From Octopus vulgaris (Eukaryota), in NCBI GenBank assembly GCA_951406725.2, contig OX597826.1, positions 4,216,001 to 4,280,000 of the forward strand: 64,000 nucleotides of DNA, read 5' to 3'. The position numbers and the translations under genes were made by a program. The first letter of the stretch is position 1, and each line of letters begins with the position of its first letter. Below are positions 25,498-37,963 of the stretch, piece after piece. The notes under the pieces were generated by a model, which had not been told where the DNA came from, did not search any database, and saw only the letters and a program-made list of their open reading frames with translations.

Positions 25498-26470
25498 GAG
25501 TGAGTGATTGATTGAGTGAGTGAGAGCAGGAGTGAGTGAGTGAGTGAATGAGTGAGTGAGGGAGTGTGTGTGTGAGTGAGTGAGTGAGTGAGTGAGTGAG
25601 TGAGAGCAGGAGTGAGTGAGTGAGAGCAGGAGTGAGTGAGTGAGTGAATGAGTGAGTGAGGGAGTGTGTGTGTGAGTGAGTGAGGGAGGTAGGGAGGGAG
25701 GGAGGGAGTGTGTGAGTGAGTGAGGGAGTGAGTGAGTGAGTGGGTGAGTGATTGAGTGAATGAGTGAGTGAGGGAGTGTGTGAGTGAGTGAGTGAGTGAG
25801 GGAGGGAGGGAGTGTGTGAGTGAGTGAGGGAGTGAGTGTGTGGGTGAGTGAGTGAGTGAATGAGTGAGTGAGGGAGTGAGCGGGTGGGTGCGTGAGTGAG
25901 TGAATTAGTGAGTCAGTGACCGAGAGAGAGAGGGAATGAGTGAGAGAAGGAGTGAGTGAGTAAGTGAATGAGTGAGTGAACGAATGGGATGGGTGAATGG
26001 CTGGGATGCTCAAGTGAATGAGTGAAAGAATGAGTGAGTGAATGAGTGAGAGAAGGAGTGAGTGTGTGAGTGAATGAGTGTGTGAGTGAATGAGTGTGTG
26101 AGTGAATGAGTGAATGAGTGAGTGAATGAATGGGATGGGTAAATGACTGGGACGGTCAAGTGAATGAGTGAGTCGATGACTGAATGAGTGAATAAGCAAA
26201 TAGATGTGGAGTGTGAGAGTGAGGGAAAAAATGAGTTTGTGAGTGTGAGTAAGAAAGTGACAGGGTAAGTGAGTGAGTGATTGAATAAATGAGAGTGAGT
26301 GAGACCGCCAGTAAGGATGTAAATTTGTGTACATGAGTGAAGGAGAGGGAGAGTATGTGGGAGAGAAAGTATGTGAAGGAGAATTAATGAATGAGAGTGA
26401 ATGAATAATAGTGAGAAAATGCGTGAGTTTGTCACTTATTCGCTGGTTGAGTGATTGAGTGTGTGAGTGA
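25498..26470. repeat. (GAGT)n/(GAGG)n degenerate tetranucleotide array
   Basis: Direct inspection; source of the spurious SLTH-repeat ORFs. Confidence 0.9.
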
Positions 26471-26722
26471 GCGAAGAAGAGGTTGAGTGAATGAGGGAGG
26501 GAGGGCGTGAGGGAGGGAAGGAAACAGAGAGGGCGAGAGACAGAATGAGAGAGGGATGGAAGGATTGCATGACTGAGTCAGTGTGCGAGATTGAGTACAG
26601 GTGAATTTATAAAAATAGAAGGTAAAACAAAGAAAATAAGACAGAAAAATAAAAGGGTGCAAATTTTATAAAGACAAATGGAATGAGTGGAGTGAAAAAT
26701 AAATACTGTGGGATAGATAGAT

Positions 26723-26791
<69 letters not shown>

Positions 26792-26839
26792 TAGATAGAT
26801 AGATAGAGAGAGAGAGATAAATAGATAAATAGATAGATG

Positions 26840-26870
<31 letters not shown>

Positions 26871-26879
26871 GGATGGATG

Positions 26880-26910
<31 letters not shown>

Positions 26911-26915
26911 GGGTG

Positions 26916-26978
<63 letters not shown>

Positions 26979-27152
26979 GGATGGATGGACAGACAGACAG
27001 ACAGACAGACGGACGGATAGATAGATAGATAGATATATATATAGATAGAGGGATTGATTGATGGAAAGATGGATGGTCGGATAGATAGATGGATAGGCAT
27101 TTACAAAACGATGGGAACATTTTAGAAGATGAGACAAATATATATATATCTA

Positions 27153-27204
<52 letters not shown>

Positions 27205-27834
27205 CATACACACACAAACACACACATATTGAAAGTATAATTTTATGCATTTATATAATTTGATTTTGCGAATGTTATGAAAGTCTGAGAAGTAAAAGAT
27301 GCTGCGGGGGCGGTGGCGTATAAGTGTGTGCATAAGTTTGTGTTTAAGTAAATGAAAAACATATTCTGCAATAAATCAAGTGCAAAACAGAAATAACGTG
27401 TGGGGCCCTGAAATAGTGAGAGTATGGGGGAGAGATAAAGAATATATGAAAACGATAGAAGACAGAAAGCCGGAGTGGATATAGTGAAAAGATTCATACT
27501 ATATAGGCGCAGGAGTGGCTGTTCAGTAAGTAGCTTATTTAGCTGGTTGAGTGATTCAGTGTGTGAGTGAGCGAAGAAGAGAGTGAGTGAAGAAGGAAAG
27601 AGAGAGGGAGAGAGAGAGAAAGAGAGAGGGATGGAAGGATTGCATGAGTGAGTCAGTGAGCGAGATTGAGTGCAGATGAATATATATAAAATAGAAGGTA
27701 AGACAAGGAAAATAAGACAGAAAAATGATAGGTTGCAAGTTTTATAAAGAAAAATGGATAGAATGAGTTGAGTGAAAAATAAATACTGTGGGATAGACTG
27801 ATAGACTAGATGGATAGATAGATAGATACATAGT

Positions 27835-27890
<56 letters not shown>

Positions 27891-28025
27891 CTCTCTCTTT
27901 TTAGATACATCGGTCTCTTTTGCCGAACCTCTAAGTTATGGGGGCGTAAACACACCGGCATCGATTGTCAAGCGATGTTGGATGGATGGATATATAGACA
28001 GACAAACAGACAGACAGACGGATGA

Positions 28026-28111
<86 letters not shown>

Positions 28112-28449
28112 GTGTTTCTTTATTAGCCACACAGGGCTGCACAGATGGATAGATAGATGGATAGATAGATAGACGGATTGATTGATGGAAAGATGGATGG
28201 TCGGATAGATAGATGGATAGGCATTTACAGAACGATGGGAACATTTTAGAAGATGGGACATAAAGATCTATCTATCTATCGATATATATATATACACACA
28301 TATTGAAAGTATAATTTTATGCATTTATATAATTTGATTTTGCGAATGTTATGAAAGTCTGAGAAGTAAAAGATGCTGCGGGGGCGGTGGCGTATAAGTG
28401 TGTGCATAAGTTTGTGTTTAAGTAAATGAAAAACATATTCTGCAATAAA
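26435..28449 (+). repeat. Tandem duplication of a ~0.95-kb unit (26435-27375 and 27534-28449)
   Basis: Both copies run CTTATT.GCTGGTTGAGTGATT...AAATACTGTGGGATAGA-(GATA)n-...CATATTCTGCAATAAA. Confidence 0.93.
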
Positions 28450-29114
28450 CAAGGAGAGGGAAAAAATATATATATGTGTGATTTAGGAGTCATTGAACCG
28501 CATTGGTATCAAAACTGTTTCAACTGTGAACATATACAAATACAAAGTGCTCCAATAACTTTTTGGTATAAATCTGAATTAGATGCCTGGATGGAACTAG
28601 CGAAGATTTCTCATGCAGGTATGTATATCTATATGTCTATAGGGTTGCGGCTGTGAGCTTGTATATTGTGTGTTTACATGTTTGTCAGTAGATCTTTGAA
28701 TGTAAGTGTATCTGAGTATGTATATATATGTTTTCAGTCTGTGTGTGTGTGTTTCTCTGTTTTTGTGTATGCCATTACATGTATATATATAAAGTCACAC
28801 ACGTACGCAGATACGCAAAAACATGTACACTAAGAAATAAAATTATGAGAAATAACAGCTAAAGCTTCCTCAAATAATATCCTTCCATATAAAGTCTATA
28901 GTGGAGGAAGTTACTCCTGCTAAACAATAAAAAACGGGTGGAGCACTTATTAATCAAAGGTCTGCATGACCGGGAGAATAGCAACAACAATATGCAGATG
29001 ACACATCCACACGCAAAAAATTAGACACCTACACACACAAACACTTGAACGCATTCACGAGCAGGCATCATACATGCACAAGTAATCACAGACACAAACA
29101 AACGAGCACAAATA

Positions 29115-29151
<37 letters not shown>

Positions 29152-29692
29152 TTACACAAGCACATATGCAAATATGATCACATTCTCTCGTGCAGTAACC
29201 ATTACGCAAACCCGCCAAATATTTTTCTCCCTAAAATGAATAAAGACGGATTGAAATGCCTGCTCAAATGTTCATATAATTGAGTTTAAGGAATTTTCAG
29301 AAGTAATGCATAATGTTTAATATTAAACTAATTGTTAATTGTTAATTATTAATCCCTATTCCGAAGATAATATTTCACTCCATTTTAAAAGAATTCCACA
29401 TGCAAAATTAACTTTTAAAAACGTCTCACCCTTCCCCTCATGCGCTTTTAAATCTTCCAATTACATTTTATACACGTAAGACCCACAAAAGAACACAGAC
29501 CATTGAAGACACACGCTTATACGTTGATGTATACAGCCACACACATATACATGCACATACACAGGTATGTATGTATGTATAAATATAAACACACGTCTAT
29601 GTATATAAATCAGTGCAAGTAAATAGCTGATTGTGTGTGTGTGTTGCATTAGTGTGTTGGCTGTCTGTCTTTATATGCGTTTCATAACATAT

Positions 29693-30103
29693 GGGCGCCG
29701 AGCTAGCAGAAACGTTAGCGCGCTGGGCGAAAGGCTTAGCGATATTTCGTCTGCGTTACGTTGTGAGTTCAAATTCCGCCGAGGTCGACTTTGCCTTTCA
29801 TCCTTTCGGGGTCGATAAATTAAGTACCAGTTACGCACTGGGGTCCATGTAATCGACTTAATACCTATGTCTGTCCTTGTTTGTCCTCTCTGTGTTTAGC
29901 CCCTTGTGGGTAATAAAGAAGCAGGTACTTCGTCTGTCTTTACGTTCTAAGATCAATTCCACTGAGGTCGACTTTGCCTTTCATCCTTTCGGGGTCGATA
30001 AATAAGTACCAGTTTCGCACTGGGGTCCATATAATCGACTTAATCATTTTGTCTGTCCTTGTTTGTCCCCTCTATGTTTAGCCCCTAGTGGGCAGTAAAG
30101 AAA
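29693..30103 (+). mobile_element. SINE family B dimer with ~21-bp TSD
   Basis: Two tandem modules. TSD TATATGCGTTT(C/G)ATAACATAT at 29672-29692 and 30108-30128. Confidence 0.88.
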
Positions 30104-30187
30104 TATATATATGCGTTTGATAACATATAAGTACATACATGCACATATATATCAATATATGTATATAATTAGTGTATGTGTGTGTAA

Positions 30188-30389
30188 AAACAGACGAAAT
30201 ACCTATTTCTTTACAACCCACAAGGGGCTAAACACAGAGGGGAAAAACAAGGACACACAAACGGATTAAGTCGATTACATCGTTCCCAGCGCGTAACTGG
30301 TACTTATTTAATCGACCCTGAAAGGAAAAAAAGGCAATGTCGAATTCGGCGGAATTTGAACTCAGAACATAGTGACAGACGAAATGCCT
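30188..30389 (-). mobile_element. SINE family B fragment, inverted relative to the adjacent copy
   Basis: Matches ~18130-18325. Confidence 0.8.
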
Positions 30390-30446
30390 ACATATGTAAT
30401 TATTCACATAAATGTATGTATATATCTTTATCTATCTATTTATCTA

Positions 30447-30483
<37 letters not shown>

Positions 30484-31186
30484 CTTTGAAGGTCGTCTCC
30501 TTTCCGTAACTCAGGATAGGGGCCTATGCCGGGTACTGTCAGAGAAAGAGAGACAGACAGACAGAGAAAGAAAGACAAAAAGAAATTAAGAGAGTGTTTG
30601 GGAAATTCATGAATACATTCATACATTCAAAAACACACACATGCAGGCATTTTTATTCAAATATCACACTTTTTATTCGTGTATAAGTCTCTATCAGTGT
30701 ATGCTTGTGTGTGTGATTCGCGCGAAAATATATATACGCACTTACATGCATATATCTTCATAAACTTATATATATATATATGCATCTATGTCTATCCATG
30801 TATCTATGCGTGTGTGTGTGCGCTTTCGTCTGTGTGTGTACGCGTGTGTGTGTGTGTGAAAATTTAGTGAACACAAAGGAATGCAAGAAATGTGTAATAA
30901 TTATTAGGGCTTTATTTAAAATCTCCTATTAAACTTGAAGTTATTAAATTTCTTTTAATTTGAGAACTTGCTTATATATAATTATATAAAAATACGAAAC
31001 TAATCAATATTCATTAAAACCTTAAGAAGCTAATTACGAATTAATAAGCTTCGTATATGTCGATTCTCACATACAACGTCATTCAAGGAATATTTTTATG
31101 GACTTCAAGCTATGAATGGCTGCTTATTATAAACACTTTTTTTATCAATGCCGTATCTACCTGCCCGACACATATATATATATATT

Positions 31187-31240
<54 letters not shown>

Positions 31241-31387
31241 AATATATGTATGTATATAAATGTGTATGTATATATATGTATATATATATATGTATATATA
31301 TATGTATATATATATGTATATATATATATATATATGTATATATATACACCACACAACTTTACACATCACATCATATATGATGTGCCA

Positions 31388-31702
31388 TACTAATACATAC
31401 ACCAACTAATACATACTAATACGTACTAATACATACTAATACATACTAATACATACACACGTCCAGACCCCTCATACGCACTTATACTCTCTCATACACA
31501 CACACACACACACTTATACATACTAATACGTACTAATACATACTAATACATACACCAACCCCATACATACGCACGTCCAGACCATTCCTACGCACTAATA
31601 CTCTCTCATACACACACACACACACACACACACACCCTTATACATACTAATACATACACCAGCCCTATACATACACACGTCCAGACCCCTCCTACGCACT
31701 AT
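31388..31702. repeat. Minisatellite: three ~110-bp units built on ATACATACTA decamers
   Basis: CACGTCCAGACC..C.TACGCACT at ~31458, ~31572 and ~31676. Confidence 0.85.
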
Positions 31703-31871
31703 TAGCTGGTCCTTCAACCCTATTATCAACCCTATTATCTCCCCTTATTTCGCTCTCGCGTCTCATGTTTGATCTTTGACCTCTGGCCGAAATCAGATCG
31801 CCATGTTGATTCGTTAGCTACTGCACGCATTTTTTTCTCTCCTTCTTTCTGTGTTTTTTTCTCTCTGTGTA

Positions 31872-31909
31872 TCTTTCTGTTGAAGAGCGTAGGCTCGAAA
31901 CGTTAAAGA
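31872..31909 (+). ncRNA. Minimal type I hammerhead motif with one core substitution
   Basis: TCTTT-CTGTTGA-A-GAGC(GTAG)GCTC-GAAAC-GTT-AAAGA. Perfect stems I and II; core CUGUUGA instead of CUGANGA. Confidence 0.65.
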
Positions 31910-32095
31910 CTTGTTTTATTTATATTTCCTGAGCGCCATACTAATACAATTGTTCGTTTGTTTTCCACCTGCCTTCGTCTTTTGTCTATTTTCATAAAGC
32001 TTCCCGTTATATATATATATGTATATATATGTATATATATATATGTATATATATATGTATATATATATATATATGCATATATATATTTGTATATA

Positions 32096-32138
<43 letters not shown>

Positions 32139-32214
32139 TATGTTAATAAAATATATGCATATATATAAACATATATGTACGTACCTACCTCTACATGTAC
32201 ATATACACGCATAT

Positions 32215-32445
32215 ATGTGTACAGGACACCAAAAAGACGTCGAACACATAGAGAGACGAAAAACATAGACACAAACCAAGGAACAAGACAAGCAAAAAAA
32301 AAGGGATACAGGACAATAAGCACAACGAAAAATCCCCTTCTTCAGTCGCTAAGGTTTCATCTACTAAACGTTTCGAAGGATAAAAGCGAGACGTATACTT
32401 CGAAGAAAACTTCCTTCCTGCGAAAAGCAAATCAATTAAAATTCT
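32215..32445 (-). mobile_element. Unclassified short repeat in (TA)n, homologous to 58415-58648
   Basis: Shared colinear blocks ATTTGCTTT.GC.GGAAGGA..TT, CCTTCG, ACTGANGAAGGG and TGTGTTC.ACGT.TTTT..TGTCCT.TAC. Confidence 0.6.
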
Positions 32446-32642
32446 GAGATCTTTTCGCAGAGGGGTAAAAAAAGCAAGACGGTAACGACAGTACATATAT
32501 GTATATATATAGTAAAAATATATATATATGGAAAAATATATATGTATATATATACAGGTATATATATGTATATATATATATGCATATATATATATGTAGA
32601 TATATATATATATATGTATATATATATATGTATATATATATG

Positions 32643-32968
32643 TATAAAAAAGGAAATGAAGAAAATGCAGAAAAATAATTTAAGTAAGGGAGAGTGTATT
32701 TAATTGGGTGAAGTTCTTTTTACCGGTTGCGCATTTGTTATGCTTATGAAAAGATATTTTTTAAGAGAGACAGAGTTCCTTTCTGATAGATTTTTTTCTC
32801 TAGATCTGAAAAAAAATCTATCAGAAAGGAACTCTATCTCTCTTAAAAAAATATCTTTTGATAAGCATAACAAATGCGCAACCGGTAAAAAGTACTTTCA
32901 CCTAATTAAATACACTCTCCCTTACTTAAATTATTTTGTCAGCATTTTCTTCATTTCCTTTTTTTATA
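32643..32968. repeat. Near-perfect ~325-bp palindrome inserted in (TA)n
   Basis: Arms of ~155 bp centred near 32803 (TCTAGATCTGA), with few mismatches. Confidence 0.95.
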
Positions 32969-33017
32969 TATCACAACTCGTGTTCCACATCTCCTTTTTT
33001 AAATATGTATATATATA

Positions 33018-33080
<63 letters not shown>

Positions 33081-33330
33081 ATTTATGCACACACACACAC
33101 ACCTCTGTGTACGTGTGTGTATGTTGGTATGTGACGTGTGTGTCTGTATCAAACCAGCTGATTGGAACAATTTGGAATTCAGCAGTGTTAGTTGAGATTA
33201 TAGTTAATAATTCACGAGGGAAACGGACGATAGATTTAGTACTAGTTAAAGACTAGTACTAAATATATCTTTTCCTTCATCAATTATTATTTATATTTAT
33301 TGTTATTATTATCATTATTACTATTATTTT

Positions 33331-33700
33331 TTTCTTTGCCTGGTGGCTGTGGCGAATGTGGTTGTTTGGTGGACAAAGCTGAAAGGCATGAGAACAGATA
33401 CATTTTCCTTTGGTAGAGGTCTCATTGAATTCTTCAAGTTTCACTTGTAAAGGAAATTGAGATGAAGAGGGAAGTGCTGACCTCGAGTGTGTTTATTTAA
33501 AGGTGGGTGAAAGTTGCGAAAATGGCAAGAGTGGATGGTACTTTTCTAAGTGTGGGCCTGTGAGTTAAAGAGAATGAATTGGTGAGGGCACTCGCACCTG
33601 GGATTTCAGGGAAATCTCGGACAGTGGGGTTCCTCGATTATCCCTAGAGGTCTTCCTGTATCATTTTTTAATGTTTTCCGGGATTTTTTCACGGGTCCAG
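33331..33700 (+). mobile_element. L1/Tx1-like LINE ORF2 C-terminus and 3'UTR remnant
   Basis: FLCLVAVANVVVWWTKLKG...LIEFFKFHL*RKLR..REVL....RWVKVAKMA resembles the Tx1-type 'AK..IW..R...F..RW' terminal motif; has stops and a frameshift. Confidence 0.5.
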
Positions 33701-33844
33701 GGAGTCAATAATATTAATACGTTATTTTTTGTTTTTATACGTACCTGTTGTGTGCGTCACGCTTACTTGAAAGAAGTGGCAAAGCGAGAGAGAGAAGGAC
33801 AGAGAGGAAGTAAGAGACAAAGAGAAAGAGAAAGAGAGAGTGAG

Positions 33845-34022
33845 AGAGAAAGAGAAAGTGAAAGAGACAGTGAGTGGTGATGGCGTTCGTTTTGTGTTTT
33901 AAATGTTTCAGAGAGGACAGAAGAGAGAAAGAAAGAGAGTGAGAGAGCAAGTGAGAGAGAAAGAGAGAGAGTGAAAGAGACAGTGAGTGGTGACGGTGTT
34001 CGTTTTGTATTTTTAAATGTTT
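33845..34022 (+). repeat. ~113-bp tandem duplication
   Basis: AGTGAAAGAGACAGTGAGTGGTGA.GG.GTTCGTTTTGT.TTTTAAATGTTT occurs twice. Confidence 0.85.
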
Positions 34023-34966
34023 ATCACATTGCAAGAGAAGTAGATACATAGATACATAGTTAAATCAAATGCAGGAGAAAAGAGGGACACAAAAGAATTG
34101 AAAGAGAGAGAAAGTGAGAGAGACTGTAGATACATAAATCCAAAGAAAAGTTCATACATAGATACATACACACAGCAAATATTGGCTGTCAGTTTCACTT
34201 TTCATTACCACACGAGGATAAAATTAACCCACAAATGGCTGAGTACTCCACAGACATGCATATCATTAACGTAGTTCTCACACAATATGACCTCTTTGAA
34301 TTACATCTATAACTCGAGACATATATATATGAATGTATTTGTGTGTGTATAGTATAGGGTAGTTGAAACATGTTTGCAATAATATGTGTCGCGTGGTGGA
34401 AATAAACGCAATTACCAAACTTTCATTCATAAATACGTTTATCGTTTCATAAATGCGTTTATTGTTTTTATTTGACTAAAGGGTGGTGCTCCAGTATGGC
34501 TACCGTCAAATGACTGAAACACGTAAAAGAATAAAAGAACACCAGAAAAACCTTCCATACCACTAAACCAAGATGGTTCTTTGAATATGTACGATGTATT
34601 TTAAGGTTAATAGTAATTCCGTTTACGTTTCTGTAACAGATATTTTGGTTGGATAATATAGTCATTGGTGTTACATTACTTTCTATATTCTCTAACTGTC
34701 ACAATATACTTTGCTATGTCTGAAACGTTTGTGGTGAGGGGCCAGCCGATTACATTGATCCCAGTACACAACAGGAACTTAATTCATCGACCCCAAAAGG
34801 GCGAAAAGTAAAGACGATCTCGGCAGAATTTGAACTCAGAACGTAAAGACAGATGGTGATAATATGCAAATATTTCTCATGGCACCACTACACTGTTTAC
34901 AGACGCTTACATTTTTTATGTTTTACGTGAACTTTTCACAGGTCCAGCTATTTATTATTATTATTA

Positions 34967-35005
<39 letters not shown>

Positions 35006-35300
35006 CTCACTCACAGATACATACACGCGCACACATCTTCCGTAGTTTATGACACACAAGTAATGGTAAACTATAGCACTAGCCTTCCGTGGCAGGAAAA
35101 TTTAAATCCAGATACAACAACCATCTTTTCCCCTTTACCTATTCTGAGAAAAATATTACAGCTCTCATAGTATTAATCAGGAGACATAAAATGCAGGAAT
35201 GAACAATAAGAACGATTGACAGAGTCTTTTTTGTCTCGAAGCTGACCTCTTATTAAGGGTTCGAAAATAGTTTCTATATGCTTCCTTGAAAGTTTTTTAG

Positions 35301-35735
35301 GATCTTTTCGGTTTGAACGGCAGTTTTTTCTAGCTGTGTCATATGAAATTGTCACCCATAATTATGACCCTAGTATCGATCTATTGCATTTCAATCTATT
35401 TTAGGGTTAGGGTTAGTTAAGGTTAGGTAGGATTAGGGGTGGGGGAAGGGTATCTTTTTTTCTTCACAAGTGTAAATAAACCCAATCTGTTTCTTAAACG
35501 AAGGACATATTCATACAGCACAGAATGTTGTTGACCTCAATGGACGTCATTGATTGGTTGAAATTGCAGAAATTGAAGAAAAAAAAACAACAAATATCTT
35601 ACAAACTATAGAATTTTCTCAATAAAGCCAAGAGAAAAAGATGTTTTATAAACACATTCTACCAGTATACGAAGTGTAAACTTTTTTAGTTACCTAGAAA
35701 TTATGTTAAAAACTGCCGTTCAAACCGAAAAGATC
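35301..35735. mobile_element. Non-autonomous TIR element (MITE) with internal TTAGGG-like repeats
   Basis: Perfect ~28-bp TIR GATCTTTTCGGTTTGAACGGCAGTTTTT at both ends; TTAGGGTTAGGGTTAG at 35401. Confidence 0.88.
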
Positions 35736-35991
35736 TGTTTCTTATCTTTTGAATAACTTATGAACCTCCAAAAATTCTATAAAAGGGAAACAGAAAGTTT
35801 CATCATTTTGGCCATACTATGAATTACATTTTAGCAAAAATTAAAGATGAACCACCAGACAGGTCATCGGACCTCAATCACTGCATATATTCTCGAGTCA
35901 TCATTTTGTTACGATATATCCATTAATCTCGCCTAACGTTTTATTCGCCACCTGGAGGCGGAAACGCCCAAACATTGACAAGTGTCGTATA

Positions 35992-36156
35992 GGCGCAGGA
36001 GTGGCTGTGTGGTAAGTAGCTTGCTTCCCAACTACATGGTTCCGGGTTCAGTCCCGCTGCGGGGCACCTTGGGCAAGTGTCTTCTGCTATAGCCCCGGGC
36101 CGACCAATGCCTTGTGAGTGGATTTGGTAGACGGAAACTGAAAGAAGCCTGTCGTA

Positions 36157-36203
<47 letters not shown>

Positions 36204-36430
36204 ATGTGTGTGTTTGTATGTCTGTGTTTGTCCCCCTAGCATTGCTTGACAACCGATGCTGGTGTGTTTACGTCCCCGTCACTTAGCGATACGGCAAAAG
36301 GGACCGATAGAATAAGTACTGGGCTTACAAAGAATAAGTCTCGGGGTCGATTTGCTCGACTAAAGGCGGTGCTCCAGCATGGCCGCAGTCAAATGACTGA
36401 AACAAGTAAAAGAGAAAAGAGAGTAAAGAG
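35992..36430 (+). mobile_element. SINE family A, full length
   Basis: Near-identical to the 15598 copy. Confidence 0.9.
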
Positions 36431-36761
36431 TATGTCTCAACTTCTATCATTCCAATAATCTTTTCACTATTTGTTGTTTTTTTTTCTTTCTTTGTGTTTG
36501 CCGTGTTGCTTTGCGAAACCTTTGTTGCTCGTTAGATCTTTGGCTCTATTTCCTCTTCAGTGAACCATTTCATTCTGATCCCTACCTGTTCCTTTCCAAC
36601 TACGTGTTATCATTTCAAAATCGCTTACCCCTTACAGAATTGTAAATCCACCATGTTGACATTACCAGCTTGAGAAATATCGAAATAAATTTAATATTCC
36701 AGTTAGGAAATCCTGGGTAACCGAATTGTATATTATATGCATTTTATTATGAATAATAATG

Positions 36762-36818
<57 letters not shown>

Positions 36819-36824
36819 GTGATG

Positions 36825-36894
<70 letters not shown>

Positions 36895-37449
36895 AATATA
36901 TATGTATATATATATTGGTTTGTCGCTGAGAAATGTTGCTTTATTCAGGTGGAAATCAGCTGGGCTTATTTGAAATTGATATCGGTGTATGCAGAGTGCG
37001 AATATAAATATAAGTTGTGTTTATTAAAAGTATCGATTCTGATGATCTGGGAAAAAAAGAATTTTGGTAGACTCCCTTAATGTAGGATGAGAGACATTTG
37101 AACAAATGGTTACGAGTTTGGGGAATATAGAGAGAGAGATAGAGATACCAAATGTTTTAAGAAGAATTGCGAAGGGAAATACGTAGCAAAGAATAACTGG
37201 AAGACTTTACAGGAAATGTTTGACAGAGTAAAGAAGAATGGATGAAGAAAGGAATGAATGAAGACAGGCAGCAAGGAAAGAAGGAAGGAAAAAAGAATGA
37301 AAGAAAGAAGAATGGATAGAAGGAGAGTAAAAGTGAAAGAGAAGAGAGACGCGTATATTCTACGTGAGGAGTTATTTTTTGTTTCATACAGCATGCGCAG
37401 AATAAATACAAATTTAACATAAATAGTGATGTGTAGTTTGTGCAGAGCT

Positions 37450-37963
37450 CCTTCTTCTTCTTCTTCTTCTGCTTCTTCTTCTTCGTCTTCGTCTTCTTCT
37501 TCGTCTTCGTCTTCTTCTTCGTCGTCGTCTCCTTCTCTTTCTTTTCTTCTACTTCTTCTTCTCCTTCTTCATCTTCTTCTCATCCTCCTCCTGCTACTCC
37601 TCCCCCTCTTCCTTCTTCTGCTTCTTATTTTCTTTTATTTCTTCTTCGTCTTTTCGTCTTCTTCTTTTTCTTCTTTTATTTCTTCATCTTTCTTTTCTTC
37701 TTTTCTTCTTCTTTTTCTTCTTTTATTTTTCTTCCTCTTTTTCTTTTCTTTTATTTCTACTTCTTCCTTTTCTTCTTTGTCTTCTTTTATTTTTTCTTCC
37801 TCTTTTTCTTTTCTTTTATTTCTTCTTCTTCCTTTTCTTCTTTTTCTTCATTTATTTCTTCTTCTTCCTTTTCTTCTTTTCTTCTTTTATTTCTTCTTCT
37901 TCTTCTTCCTCTTCTTTTTCTTCTCCTCCTCTCCCTTTCTCCTCTTTTCCTTCTTTTTCTCCC
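37450..37963. repeat. Polypyrimidine (CTT)n-like tract
   Basis: Direct inspection. Confidence 0.9.

Noticed and set aside
25378-26334. 318-aa His/Ser/Thr/Leu repeat ORF
   Set aside because: Translation of a (TCAC)n tetranucleotide array.
35401-35450. Telomere or chromosome-fusion relic
   Set aside because: Only 2-3 perfect units, enclosed within MITE TIRs.
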